Source: Syntrophales bacterium (GTDB taxonomy: Bacteria; Desulfobacterota; Syntrophia; Syntrophales; UBA4778). From it: 64,000 nt of DNA. This document shows, piece by piece, positions 63,827 through 64,000 of this stretch. The position numbers and the translations under genes are program-made. The notes below the pieces were generated by a model. The model saw nothing but the letters and a program-made list of their open reading frames with translations. It was not told the origin of the DNA and did not search any database. Position 1 is the stretch's first letter; every line of letters begins with the position of its first letter. The stretch lies in contig CAXXQE010000006.1 of NCBI GenBank assembly GCA_963665615.2, positions 649,165 to 713,164 on the forward strand. Reading direction: 5' to 3'.

Positions 63827-63897
63827 GTTAATCGTCTTATTGTCTACACCTTTAGTCGGGATGTTATACAGATCCATATAACATCCCCACCGAATCG

Positions 63898-64000
63898 CTA
63901 GAGATTATCTGCGGGGCTTCTCAGCACTGCCGGACATTTGTTCAATGCGTGCGTATAGAGCTCCTTGTCGTTTTAACATCTTTATGACCAGGAAGTTCCT
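63898..64000 (-). pseudogene. intI: 3' end of an integron integrase (tyrosine recombinase), frameshifted; extends beyond the right edge of the window
   Basis: Minus strand reads ELPGHKDVKTT [2 extra nt at about 63964-65] ELYTHALNKCPAVLRSPADNL*, matching the IntI C-terminus pattern LLGH.DV.TT.IYTHVL...GVRSP.D. Confidence 0.8.

Noticed and set aside
63945..64000. Plus-strand ATG open to the window edge as the start of a divergent integrase
   Set aside because: The same bases on the minus strand clearly encode an IntI C-terminus.

Overview
Bacterial chromosome segment, most likely a Desulfobacterota/Syntrophales-type deltaproteobacterium (inferred from gene order and protein style). Positions 1-32 kb hold the core transcription/translation supercluster on the minus strand: tRNA-Thr/Tyr/Gly/Thr, rpmG, tRNA-Trp, secE-nusG-rplKAJL-rpoBC, rpsLG-tuf, the S10/spc/alpha operons, then folC and the 5' part of lptD. 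fusA, adk and the second tuf copy are missing from their usual positions. 32-39 kb: AmmeMemoRadiSam A/B, gap-tpiA-secG-tRNA-Leu, fbp and a class II aldolase. 39-48.7 kb: an accessory block bracketed by two paralogous FKBP genes and two MITE-like elements. It contains an envelope operon with an M48 peptidase (eight +1 frameshifts, probably sequencing errors), a GtrA/CDP-alcohol transferase/lipid kinase/cytidylyltransferase operon, a DUF2889-like gene and a CrtC-like gene. 48.7-62.1 kb: housekeeping genes (metG, ricT, holB, tmk, ferredoxin, NifU-C, ispH, tlyA, dxs, ispA, xseBA) and a deoxyhypusine-synthase-like gene. The most notable feature, whose recombination sites and integrase end are not visible in the ORF track, is an integron at 62.4-64 kb. 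It comprises the frameshifted 3' end of an integron integrase co-oriented with its cassettes (inverted architecture), an attI-like site with DR1/DR2-like repeats, and two cassettes with reciprocally matching attC core sites. The cassettes encode a 2TM/Zn-ribbon protein of unknown function and an Abi_C-type abortive-infection protein. No CRISPR array or rRNA was seen. All family calls are by eye, without database searches.
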